Below, piece by piece: positions 51,260 through 60,543 of a DNA stretch of 64,000 nt. Under the pieces are notes generated by a model, which saw nothing but the letters and a program-made list of their open reading frames with translations, ran no database searches and was not told the origin of the DNA. The DNA is from Spirochaetaceae bacterium. Lineage in GTDB: Bacteria > Spirochaetota > Spirochaetia > DSM-2461. The translations under genes and the position numbers were made by a program. Where the stretch lies: assembly GCA_965224705.1 (NCBI GenBank), contig OZ245056.1, forward strand, positions 1,984,001 to 2,048,000. Reading direction: 5' to 3'. The first letter of the stretch is position 1. Each line of letters opens with the position of its first letter.

Positions 51260-52269
51260 TATTCTTCACCTCCATTACCAATGTTCTTCAGTGGAAGAAA
51301 ATTTTCAAGATTTTTGTCAATAAGATCTGTGTTCTGGTTGTCAGCCAGGATTTTCGACAATGTTTCATAGTAAAGACGTTCCCGGGTTACTTCGGGTGAA
51401 CGCTGGTACTCCTGCAGGATAGCTTCAAATAATGCAACTTCCGCTCTGGCACGATTGACTCGGGCCTCCTTGTAACCTACCGCTTCGGCTATTAGCTGCT
51501 TGGCTTCGCCTTCGATTCGGGGGATTTCGGTGTAGTAAGCCTGTTCCCCTTCGTTGATAAGGCGTTCCCTGTCCTGGGTGGCCTTGTTTACATCTTCAAA
51601 GGCATCTTGAACCGCACCCTTGGGAGGTTCTACCTGCTGGAGTTTCACTTCCGTGATGTTCACACCCAGAGCATAGAAATCCAGGGTTTCCTGAATCATC
51701 TGCTTGCTCAGAAACTCAATGTTATCCTTTTCAGTGCTGATGACATCCAGAATAGCACGGTCACCGACCAATCCGTTGATAACGGACTGGGTTACATCCC
51801 GGATAGTTTTATCTCGATTATCCTCTCGAGACTGATTTCCTTGAAGTCTACTGTTATCCACTTCAAACAACCACTCACGGGGAGAAGTGATGCGATATTC
51901 AATAATCCATGTAACATCGACGATGTTTAAATCTCCAGTCAGCATTTCCGATTCATGAGAATAATCACGCGAATCATAGGTAGTCGTGACTCCTGCCTGA
52001 ACTGTTCGGAATCCAAATTGTTTTGATAAAACAACTTGAGGAACCTTGTATATCCTGTCAATACCGAAGGGCAGTTTGACATGCAAGCCATCCTCTACCG
52101 TAGCACGATAACGACCGAAACGGGTAACGACACCTCGTTCTTTGGCATTGACTGTGTATATACTTGATACCCCGACCATAATAAGAATGACCAGAACAGC
52201 AATCCCTGGAATAAACTTCCCGCTGAATTGCCGCCCTGGCGCCTGGGGTGAAATTTTTTGATCTGACAT
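51259..52269 (-). CDS. hflK: FtsH modulator HflK
   Basis: MLTGDLNIV, VQDAFEDV, PEVTRERLY. Confidence 0.92.
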   Translation of the reverse strand: MSDQKISPQAPGRQFSGKFIPGIAVLVILIMVGVSSIYTVNAKERGVVTRFGRYRATVEDGLHVKLPFGIDRIYKVPQVVLSKQFGFRTVQAGVTTTYDSRDYSHESEMLTGDLNIVDVTWIIEYRITSPREWLFEVDNSRLQGNQSREDNRDKTIRDVTQSVINGLVGDRAILDVISTEKDNIEFLSKQMIQETLDFYALGVNITEVKLQQVEPPKGAVQDAFEDVNKATQDRERLINEGEQAYYTEIPRIEGEAKQLIAEAVGYKEARVNRARAEVALFEAILQEYQRSPEVTRERLYYETLSKILADNQNTDLIDKNLENFLPLKNIGNGGEE

Positions 52270-52352
52270 GGAACCTCCATGTCTGGAAAGTATATCGTAT
52301 GAGGAATAAGGTCAAGATCAAGAAATGGTCCACACAGAATTCAGTAAAAGAC

Positions 52353-52381
52353 TTGACGAAATCTTCCTCAACATCTAGTAT
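52353..52381 (+). promoter_or_regulatory. sigma70 promoter of cimA-leuA
   Basis: TTGACG-N17-TAGTAT. Confidence 0.65.
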
Positions 52382-52412
52382 TGAAATGTACTGATTACCT
52401 GAAAGGAAGGAC

Positions 52413-52520
52413 ATGTTCAAGGTGATGAAGCTATCTTCACTATCTCACTTGATTACCCGCTGCCGATTTTTGACGGGGTATCATTGCGGTAGAATGTATA
52501 TGGCGGCCTGGACAGGTTAG
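52413..52520 (+). CDS. Putative attenuator leader peptide (35 aa)
   Basis: AAGGAAGG RBS; MFKVMKLSSLSHLITRCRFLTGYHCGRMYMAAWTG with Leu codons CTA, CTA, TTG, TTG. Confidence 0.55.
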   Translation: MFKVMKLSSLSHLITRCRFLTGYHCGRMYMAAWTG

Positions 52521-52558
52521 ACTGTACATCCATAAAATGAATACCTCACCAATTGATC

Positions 52559-52586
52559 GGGCGTCCGTTATATGGTCGCCTTTTTT
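52559..52586 (+). terminator. Intrinsic terminator in the cimA leader
   Basis: GGGCGTCC-gttatat-GGTCGCC followed by TTTTTT. Confidence 0.6.
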
Positions 52587-52612
52587 ATTATAATAAGGAG
52601 ATGGAGGGCAAG

Positions 52613-54217
52613 ATGGCAAAGAAAAAAATAATTCTATTCGATACCACACTGAGAGATGGGGGCCAGACCCGCGGCGTTAATTTCTCGATTGAAGACAAAA
52701 TAAAGCTCACTCGAGAATTCGATGAGCTGGGATTTGAATATATTGAAGGCGGATGGCCAGGATCCAATCCAAAAGATATTCAGTTCTTCAAGGAAATGCG
52801 AAAGATTTCTTTGAAGAACTCCAAACTTACCTCTTTTTCATCGACACGTCTAAAAAATACTGAAGTTAATCAGGATGCAATCCTCGCAGAACTGCTCAAA
52901 GCAGAAACTTCTGTGTTCACAATATTCGGAAAATCCTGGGATCTTCATGTCTCTGATTCCCTTGGAACTTCGCTGGAAGAGAATCTGGATATGATTTATT
53001 CCACAATCGCCTATCTTAAGCCTCGGGGCGAGGAAGTCGTCTATGATGCTGAACATTATTTTGATGGCTATCGGGCCAATCCTGACTATGCAATTAAAAC
53101 ACTGAAAGCTGCTGCGGATGCTGGAGCAGACTGGATAGTCCTTGCGGACACGAATGGAGGTTCTCTGCCGGAACAGGTAAGAGAAGCTGTAATCGCAGCC
53201 AGAAATTCTGTGGATAAGAAACTGGGAATACACACTCATGATGACGGCGATCTCTCTCTGGCAAATACTCTTGTTGCCGTGGAATTGGGATGCACTATGG
53301 TTCAGGGTACCATAAACGGGTTAGGGGAACGCTGCGGTAATGCCAACCTGTGCAGTGTTATACCCACCCTGTCGTTCAAACTTGGATATGAAACTCTGAC
53401 CCATGAAAATATTGCCAGACTGACTCCATTAAGCCGACTTGTTTCTGAACTCTCAAACAAACCCCATCAGGACAGTCTTCCCTATGTCGGGGAGAGAGCA
53501 TTCACGCATAAGGGCGGAATCCATGTTTCCGCCATACGAAAAAATCCGAAACTTTATGAGCATGTTGTACCTGAGATCGTGGGTAATCATCGCTATGTCC
53601 CGGTGAGTGATCAAGCCGGGAAATCCAACATTCTGGAGAAAATTCGTGAACTGAAAATGGATGTTGAAGATGTCCATGCCAGGTCAATAGTGTCAGAAAT
53701 CAAAGAACTGGAGGCCAGAGGGTATCATTTTGAAGGTGCCGATGCATCATTTGAACTTCTATCCGATCTGGTAAGCGGAAAACGTAAGAACTATTTTACA
53801 GTTCATGGTTTCCGTGTTCACTCATGGGAAAATGAGAAGGGGGATATCTGGTCTGAAGCCACAATAAAGGTATCGGTTCCCGAAGAGGTTGCCGGGAAAC
53901 AGGGAAAAGATTCCTTCTGGGAGCATACGGCCGGTGAGGGAGCAGGTCCAGTAGAAGCAATGGACAGGGCTCTGCATCGGGCATTGGAAACGTTCTATCC
54001 AGTACTGTCAAGTATCAGACTGACCGATTTCAAGGTAAGAATACTGGATGAAGAAGCTGGCACCAAAGCCATCACCAGAGTACTGATTACATGTACAGAC
54101 AATGACAGACATTGGAGTACTGTGGGAGTCTCGGAAAACATCATTGAAGCTTCATGGAGGGCTCTGGTGGAATCCATGGAGTATAAATTGAAAAAAGAAG
54201 AGGAGGCAAAATCATGA
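52613..54217 (+). CDS. cimA: Citramalate synthase (LeuA-related, bacterial CimA type)
   Basis: DTTLRDGGQ, EGGWPGSNPKD, FGKSWDLHV, HKGGIHVSA; alternative start at 52601. Confidence 0.85.
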   Translation: MAKKKIILFDTTLRDGGQTRGVNFSIEDKIKLTREFDELGFEYIEGGWPGSNPKDIQFFKEMRKISLKNSKLTSFSSTRLKNTEVNQDAILAELLKAETSVFTIFGKSWDLHVSDSLGTSLEENLDMIYSTIAYLKPRGEEVVYDAEHYFDGYRANPDYAIKTLKAAADAGADWIVLADTNGGSLPEQVREAVIAARNSVDKKLGIHTHDDGDLSLANTLVAVELGCTMVQGTINGLGERCGNANLCSVIPTLSFKLGYETLTHENIARLTPLSRLVSELSNKPHQDSLPYVGERAFTHKGGIHVSAIRKNPKLYEHVVPEIVGNHRYVPVSDQAGKSNILEKIRELKMDVEDVHARSIVSEIKELEARGYHFEGADASFELLSDLVSGKRKNYFTVHGFRVHSWENEKGDIWSEATIKVSVPEEVAGKQGKDSFWEHTAGEGAGPVEAMDRALHRALETFYPVLSSIRLTDFKVRILDEEAGTKAITRVLITCTDNDRHWSTVGVSENIIEASWRALVESMEYKLKKEEEAKS

Positions 54218-55761
54218 GTGAGGCAAGGAAAATAACAATCTTTGACACAACATTGAGAGATGGGGAACAATCTCCGGGCGCATCAATGACCGTTGAGCAG
54301 AAAATAGAAATGGCCATAGCCCTGGATAATCTGGGTGTGGACAGGATTGAAGCCGGATTCCCTGTTTCATCACCCGTTCAATTTGAAGCGGTAAAACGCA
54401 TTGGCGAAGTCGTTAAAAACGCCACTGTTGTTGGATTGGCAAGATGTAAGAAATCCGATATCAACGCTGTAAGAGATTCTCTGGCCGACTGTACCGGGAA
54501 AATGATTCATGTATTCATAGCCACCAGTCCTCTGCACATGGAGCACAAGTTAAGAATGAGCAGGGAAGAAGTTCTTGCTTCAATACAGGAGCATGTTTCC
54601 TACGCTCGGGAACAGGGCTTTGATTTGATTGAATTCTCACCGGAGGATGCTTCCCGCTCTGAGTGGGATTTCATGGTGGAAGCCCTCAAAACTGCCGTCG
54701 CTGCCGGGGCAAATACTTTGAATATCCCGGATACGGTAGGGTATGCCATGCCCGGCGAATACGGTGCCCGAATGGCCGCTCTCCGAGATGCGATCCCGGA
54801 ATTGGGCAATGGAGTCATGCTGTCAGCCCATTGTCATAATGACCTTGGACTGGCTGTGGCCAATTCCCTCGCAGCCATTGAATCCGGAACCGAACAGATT
54901 GAGGTCACACTGAATGGTATTGGTGAACGGGCGGGAAACGCCTCTTTAGAAGAACTGGTGATGGCACTCCACGTTCGCCAGGATATATGGAACATTAAAA
55001 CTTCTATTCAGCACAAATACCTCTACCCTGCCAGCAAACTTCTGCAAAACATCACGGGTTTGATAATCCATAGAAACAAGCCTGTCTTTGGAGACAATGT
55101 TTTCAGTCATGAATCAGGTATACATCAGCATGGTGTTATCAAGCACAGGGAAACCTACGAAATCATGGATCCTGAACATATTGGGAGGAGTCGAGAATCT
55201 TTGATTATGGGCCGACACTCAGGAAAAGCAGCATTGAAGGAGAAACTTGTACGATACAAAATAACTCTCACCGAGGATCAGATGAATACCCTTTATAAGA
55301 AATTCACCGTCATTGCCGACAAGAAGAAGGAAGTCTACGATGAAGATCTTTTTACCCTTGTGTCCGATGTTTTAGATGTCATGCCAACTGGTTGGCAACT
55401 GAAATCCTTTCAAACCTGGACGGGAAACAAGGTTATTCCTTCCGCTACTGTGGAATTGATCAAAGATGGCCAGCGAGAACTTGGGAATCAAACCGGCGAT
55501 GGTCCAATTGATGCTGTTTTCAAATCTATCGACCAATGCACTGGAACTTCAGGCCGACTGTCGGAATACATTATTCAGGCCGTAGGAAGCGGCAAGGATG
55601 CCCAGGGACAGGTAAAACTGCAGGTGGATTTTGATGGCATCCTCATCGATGGCAAAGCTGTTTCCACCGACATCATAGAGGCCTCTGCCCTGGCCTATAT
55701 CAATGCTGTGAACCGCAAAGAGATGCGGGGTGCACCCAGCGTCAGGGTGGAATCTCTGTAG
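54214..55761 (+). CDS. leuA: 2-isopropylmalate synthase
   Basis: DTTLRDGEQSPG, HCHNDLG, GIGERAGN, HESGIHQ, regulatory domain. Confidence 0.95.
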   Translation: MSEARKITIFDTTLRDGEQSPGASMTVEQKIEMAIALDNLGVDRIEAGFPVSSPVQFEAVKRIGEVVKNATVVGLARCKKSDINAVRDSLADCTGKMIHVFIATSPLHMEHKLRMSREEVLASIQEHVSYAREQGFDLIEFSPEDASRSEWDFMVEALKTAVAAGANTLNIPDTVGYAMPGEYGARMAALRDAIPELGNGVMLSAHCHNDLGLAVANSLAAIESGTEQIEVTLNGIGERAGNASLEELVMALHVRQDIWNIKTSIQHKYLYPASKLLQNITGLIIHRNKPVFGDNVFSHESGIHQHGVIKHRETYEIMDPEHIGRSRESLIMGRHSGKAALKEKLVRYKITLTEDQMNTLYKKFTVIADKKKEVYDEDLFTLVSDVLDVMPTGWQLKSFQTWTGNKVIPSATVELIKDGQRELGNQTGDGPIDAVFKSIDQCTGTSGRLSEYIIQAVGSGKDAQGQVKLQVDFDGILIDGKAVSTDIIEASALAYINAVNRKEMRGAPSVRVESL

Positions 55762-55771
55762 CATGTTTATG

Positions 55772-55820
55772 GTGTCAGAAAGCTCTTAAAGTCCGACAGA
55801 CTCCCCGGAGCCTGTCGGAC
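55772..55820. repeat. Composite of MITE ends: family A end, family B right end, CCCG, family B left end
   Basis: GTGTCAGAAAGC-TCTTAAAGTCCGACAGACTC-CCCG-GAGCCTGTCGGAC. Confidence 0.8.
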
Positions 55821-55972
55821 ACTCCGGCAGCAATAGCAGTTAGTACCGGAGTTAATCTGCATTTCTCATAGATAAAACAAAAAGATTTCTTATATGATAA
55901 ATTATTATTAGATAAACAATTAACCTGTCAAAAGGAGGGCCTTTTATGAACACAGAGTGTACTCCAAAAAGG

Positions 55973-56995
55973 CTAAATGGTTTTCCTTAGAGGTGCCCTC
56001 ATTGCATACAACTTGAGGAGGGCCCATGTCAGAAAACCGGAATGGATCTCCCATGAATCCTTTCCATAACCTCCCGCCATTAACCAGGCTGATGGCAGTC
56101 CGTTGGATTCAAGGAAGCTGTAAACCAATTGATCTCTCTCCAATAATTGTTCCCGGCTGAGATTCAGAAGAGATGTTGATGGCAGTTCATCCTTTTCCCA
56201 GGGATCAGATCCTGCAAGAACAACGGCAAAATCGGCCGTATAATCTTCCTTTAGCCGTTTCAGAGCTGCTTCCAGCCTGTCGAGATAGGAATTCTCGTCA
56301 CCACTTTCAATGGGAATATCAATGTCGCCCGGTATGTATGAAGGATGATTTTTTGGCAGAGATCCATCTATAGGCCATCCCCTGGTCATATGGATGCTGA
56401 ATGTGGTAACCCGGGAATCATCTTTGAAAATGGCGGCCGTACCATCACCTTTATGAGCATCAAGATCAATAATCCAGGCCCTTTGAATTTTTTTTTCACT
56501 TATAAGTTTACTGACGGCCAATGCACTGTCATTCAAGGGACAGAACCCATGACCGAAATCCCAGTGTCCATGGTGGGTTCCACCGCCAAGGAAATGACAA
56601 AAACCTGATTCCAAAGCAATCCTTCCGGCGTTATATGCTCCTGAAATCATTTTTAGAAGCTGGGGCATCATATATCTCAGGGGCTTTTCTGCGTCTTCGG
56701 GTACCCATCGATTGTAGCTGCCATCCTTGTTGACCAACTCATAAGCGGTGATCAACTGATGATTAACTTTTTCATTGAAGAAACCATCTATGTAATCTCT
56801 GGAGTGGGCGAGGGATAAGTCTTCCCGGGAAAGCAGGATATCAATTCCTTCCCGATACCATTCAGATTTTCTCTCAGCAAGTTCCGGGTGAGTAGTTAAT
56901 GAATCCAACGTCCGGGTTTTACGTGAATCCAGGGCAGGAATTTTTATTCCGAATCGGAGAAAATCAAGAAGGGCACTGGAGTCAGAAAGTACCAT
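55973..56995 (-). CDS. Zn-dependent histone-deacetylase-family amidohydrolase
   Basis: GGTHH, GFC, DLDAHKGDG, GSDP, AGGY. Confidence 0.9.
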   Translation of the reverse strand: MVLSDSSALLDFLRFGIKIPALDSRKTRTLDSLTTHPELAERKSEWYREGIDILLSREDLSLAHSRDYIDGFFNEKVNHQLITAYELVNKDGSYNRWVPEDAEKPLRYMMPQLLKMISGAYNAGRIALESGFCHFLGGGTHHGHWDFGHGFCPLNDSALAVSKLISEKKIQRAWIIDLDAHKGDGTAAIFKDDSRVTTFSIHMTRGWPIDGSLPKNHPSYIPGDIDIPIESGDENSYLDRLEAALKRLKEDYTADFAVVLAGSDPWEKDELPSTSLLNLSREQLLERDQLVYSFLESNGLPSAWLMAGGYGKDSWEIHSGFLTWALLKLYAMRAPLRKTI

Positions 56996-57041
56996 AATAG
57001 TATTATGGTGGAGATTTTGTAATACATCAAGTGAATCCGGT

Positions 57042-57110
57042 CAGGGCAATCGCATCTAATTCTATCCCTAAAAGAATGAAAAACACTGATTTGAGGGGAG
57101 CGATAGAGCT
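57042..57110. repeat. Isolated end of ISAs1-type family C
   Basis: CAGGGCAATCGCATCTAATTCTATCCC...ATGAAAAACACT matches the reverse complement of the 18640 end. Confidence 0.85.
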
Positions 57111-57120
57111 TTATGAAAGC

Positions 57121-57250
57121 CCTGAAACCATTATCCAGCTCTACCATGATCGGGGCAGCAGCGAGCAGTTTCATCGCGAACTTAAAAGTGATGTGGCTTT
57201 TGGGCGATTCCCTTCCGGGGAAATTCGTCTACCATGCAAACCAATGGATT
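57121..57250 (+). pseudogene. IS1380-family transposase fragment (frameshifted)
   Basis: PETIIQLYHDRGSSEQFHRELKSD...RFPSG, then frameshift to KF. Confidence 0.7.
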
Positions 57251-57275
57251 TTTGCTTGTGGGAACATGATCCCTG

Positions 57276-57436
57276 GAGTCTGTCGGACTTACGCCTCACG
57301 GCTCGATTTTTGCCCTTTTTCCCTGCTGCTGCGTTGCCAAAATACTCACGTAGCCCAGCTACGCTCCGTTTTTGTCGCCTTGCATCAGGGAAAAATCATC
57401 AAAAATCGCCTCGAAGTCTTAAAGTCCGACAGACTC
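57276..57436 (+). mobile_element. MITE family B, full length (161 bp)
   Basis: Same IRs as 41299-41459; perfect 4 bp duplication CCTG/CCTG. Confidence 0.9.
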
Positions 57437-57651
57437 CCTGGTATCCGATATTCAGGGAAATCTTCCTCTCTTTGTAGAAGCACAACGAAGATAACAACCA
57501 TCAGCCTATTTCAGGAAGAGCTCTGTCCGGGGAATCTTACAAAGTCGTACTGTATATGGACAGTTATTGGAGATAAATGTATAATCAACCATTAAAATTT
57601 GTCCTGATAGTTACTCTCCTGTATCATGATTCAGAGGGGAAAGGGGATTGA

Positions 57652-60543
57652 ATGAATCAACAGTCTGGAATCAGTGAATCTGTTCTCTGGGAAAAGCAGT
57701 CTCAGATTCTGAAAGAACTACTTGTTTTGCATGAAAATGCCATGAAAAAGAGACAACTGAAATTCTATTCTCCAATGATGGCGATGTTTCGGAAAATTCA
57801 TTGGGCAGCATCATTCCTCGGCCTGGGTGATTTTGCTGAAATAGCCGCCGGTGGTGCTGTATTGATATCCAGGATCCAGGGAGCCCATTCTACCTGGTCT
57901 GACAGTCATGCCGGTATGATCCGGGCCATTCTCAGCTACTTCACTGCCATGGTCAATCTGAAAAATCATCAGAATGACAGAAATATTCATGAGCTGAATC
58001 CACGAATTCCCAATATGATCCGTGAGTTGAGAACTTTGTTTTTTCAGTATCAGATCAATGTCAGGACCATATCGTTTTGTGCCTCTCTTGAGGCCGCCCA
58101 GGCTGAATCCATTAAGAACGAAGATGAGATTCCTTCCCTGGCCAAAAAGCGTCATAATCCCGATGGTGCACTTACTTTGATTTATTTGGACCTGAGTATT
58201 CAGAATATGAGCTTCATTGCATTGGTCAAAATTCTGGAAGATTCCATCAGAAAATCCAACCTTCTTCTTTACGGGACAATTATTCCTGATTCGGACACAG
58301 TTCAGGGGAAGGAAAAGAAGCAGCTGTTTTACTTATTACTCGACATGGAGGATAGAGGCGGGGAATGGCTCAAGCAGTACTCCATCAATGGACGTGTAGT
58401 AGAGAGATCGAAAGAAATCAGTCGGAAAGCCGTTTCTGCTGAATCGACCGTAGAAACCACCCACGATAAAAAGATTGTACCGGAAGAAATCACAGAAAGA
58501 AATGAAGTGGAATCTGATGTAGTTATTATTGAAAGAAGAAGTTATGATCAACGTTCAAAAATAAGAAAAACATCGAAAGCAGGTAATAAACTCTCCTTTG
58601 ATACTGATGAAGTAAAAGAACTTGAATCTGTCTCAATGAAGAACTCTGCCCGGGAAGCCCGCAGAAATCGTAAAATCCGTAACAAAGATCTCAGAATACG
58701 TTTTACTGTTGGTGCGAAAATGCAATTAATTGTTTCCAGCATTATCATTATATCCATGCTGTCCTTATCCCTTATTGGACTGCATTTCTTTCGATCAGAA
58801 ATCAGTAATCGTATTGAAGATACAAATATATCGCTGGCCAGCCTGGTTGCGAAACAGGCTGGTAGTGAGTTAACGCAGCTCTTTGATTCTGCAAATCTTC
58901 TCTTCCAGATCGGAGCATCAACACAGAATCCTGAAGACTTGATTGATGGTTTCTTTGCGAATTTCCAACCCCTTGCCTATGTCGGTATTTCAGGAAATGA
59001 AATTGGATTTTTTAATCGGATCTGGTTCAGCGAGAACCGCATCCTCAATGAAAATGCCATCCTGCAAAGTATCATGAATATTCGTGGTAAGGATCTATTG
59101 AGGGCCAAAAATGGTGAAACAGTCATTATCAATGTATCTCCTCTCATCCCCAACCTGGAAACTCCGGTGCTGGCCATGTCAGCTCCTTATCTTCTGGGAA
59201 CACAGCAGGAAGCCCTGATCATATTGGTGGATATTGGGGAAGGATTAGCTGAAAGTGTTAAAATGCAGAGCGATATAGCCACCACAATCATTATCAATGC
59301 TGAGGGAGAGATTCTGGTCCACCCGGATTATTCTCATATCTTTGGCGGAGGTGTTGTCAAGGATTCTCCGGTGTATACCAGGATGTATTCCCAGGGTGCT
59401 ACAAAGGGACAGATAAGATTTACGGAGGAATTAGATAATGAGTCTGTTACCACGATCGGTTCATTCTCCATTATACCCATTGGAAATCTTGGTGTTGTAT
59501 CAACCGTACTGGAGAAAGATGCGTTTGGAGCTGTTGAAAGAATTCAGAGGCTCAATCTCACTTTGCTGGGCTCTATACTGAGCCTATCAATTCTGGGGGT
59601 GTATTTCTTTGCTCAGAGTCTTTCCATCCCTCTCAAGGAACTGACCCTTGCGACTCGAATGATTAAAGCAAGGAACTATGCCATAAGATTGAAGACCCAT
59701 ACCACCGATGAAGTTGGCCAGCTCACCAGACATTTCCTCAGTATGATTCCAGTTCTGGAGAGGGTTGAGAGACTTCAAACTAAAACCAGTCATTTCATCA
59801 ATCCGCAGGTAGCTAAAATGATAGCGGATGATGTGTTGCCTGAAGAAGCAGAAACAAAAAATGTTACTGTTTTCTTTTCAGACATACGGAATTTCACCTC
59901 CATGAGTGAGCAGATGGGGGATCCCCAATTGGTATTGGATAATCTTTCGGAGTACTTCAAAACTGTTGTTCAGTGTATTGAACGAACAGACGGAACAGTG
60001 GATAAGTACATCGGGGATGCCGTAATGGCTGTTTGGGGGAGTATGAAAGACCTACCGAATAATGCTGAGAGTGCTATCAATGGTGCATTGAATATACGGA
60101 ATGCATTGATTGATTTCAACAAGAATAGGGGTTCTGTTGCATACCCAATTTTCCAGGTAGGGTGTGGGTTGAACAGCGGCCCTGCCACTGTGGGTATTAT
60201 GGGCGGCGGATCTTCAAAAGAAGAGTGGGCTCATATGGGGGATACTGTCAACATTGCCAGCCGTGTCGAGGCACTGAATAAAGCTATGGGTACTGATATC
60301 TTGATTACTGAGATGACATCGGATTTAGTGAAGGGGATATACGATCTGGTTCCAATGAGGAAAATCAAAGTTAAGGGTAAAGAAGCTCCTCTGAAGATTT
60401 ATGCTGTTCTCGGTCGTCTTGACAATGATAGAAGACCGAAATCCCTGGCGGAATTGCGTACTTTATTGGGACTCAAGGGTGATTTCAATCAGGCCGCTTC
60501 CAAGGAGGAACATGAAATTAAGTACGAGATCCTTAGTTCGTAA
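57652..60543 (+). CDS. Membrane class III adenylate/guanylate cyclase with long N-terminal extension
   Basis: 2 TM around a Cache-like region, HAMP, FFSDIRNFT, DKYIGDAVM, GDTVNIASR. Confidence 0.92.
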   Translation: MNQQSGISESVLWEKQSQILKELLVLHENAMKKRQLKFYSPMMAMFRKIHWAASFLGLGDFAEIAAGGAVLISRIQGAHSTWSDSHAGMIRAILSYFTAMVNLKNHQNDRNIHELNPRIPNMIRELRTLFFQYQINVRTISFCASLEAAQAESIKNEDEIPSLAKKRHNPDGALTLIYLDLSIQNMSFIALVKILEDSIRKSNLLLYGTIIPDSDTVQGKEKKQLFYLLLDMEDRGGEWLKQYSINGRVVERSKEISRKAVSAESTVETTHDKKIVPEEITERNEVESDVVIIERRSYDQRSKIRKTSKAGNKLSFDTDEVKELESVSMKNSAREARRNRKIRNKDLRIRFTVGAKMQLIVSSIIIISMLSLSLIGLHFFRSEISNRIEDTNISLASLVAKQAGSELTQLFDSANLLFQIGASTQNPEDLIDGFFANFQPLAYVGISGNEIGFFNRIWFSENRILNENAILQSIMNIRGKDLLRAKNGETVIINVSPLIPNLETPVLAMSAPYLLGTQQEALIILVDIGEGLAESVKMQSDIATTIIINAEGEILVHPDYSHIFGGGVVKDSPVYTRMYSQGATKGQIRFTEELDNESVTTIGSFSIIPIGNLGVVSTVLEKDAFGAVERIQRLNLTLLGSILSLSILGVYFFAQSLSIPLKELTLATRMIKARNYAIRLKTHTTDEVGQLTRHFLSMIPVLERVERLQTKTSHFINPQVAKMIADDVLPEEAETKNVTVFFSDIRNFTSMSEQMGDPQLVLDNLSEYFKTVVQCIERTDGTVDKYIGDAVMAVWGSMKDLPNNAESAINGALNIRNALIDFNKNRGSVAYPIFQVGCGLNSGPATVGIMGGGSSKEEWAHMGDTVNIASRVEALNKAMGTDILITEMTSDLVKGIYDLVPMRKIKVKGKEAPLKIYAVLGRLDNDRRPKSLAELRTLLGLKGDFNQAASKEEHEIKYEILSS

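Noticed and set aside
53688..53699. TAGTGTCAGAAA match to the family A end inside cimA
   Set aside because: Only 12 bp, lies in an intact coding region and has no partner end; probably chance
55946..55990. 14-codon ORF MNTECTPKRLNGFP with strong RBS, reminiscent of an IS1380 transposase start
   Set aside because: Too short to support a call
57031..57595. ORFs 57031-57477 and 57113-57595
   Set aside because: Chimeric read-through of a family C end, an IS1380 fragment and a family B MITE
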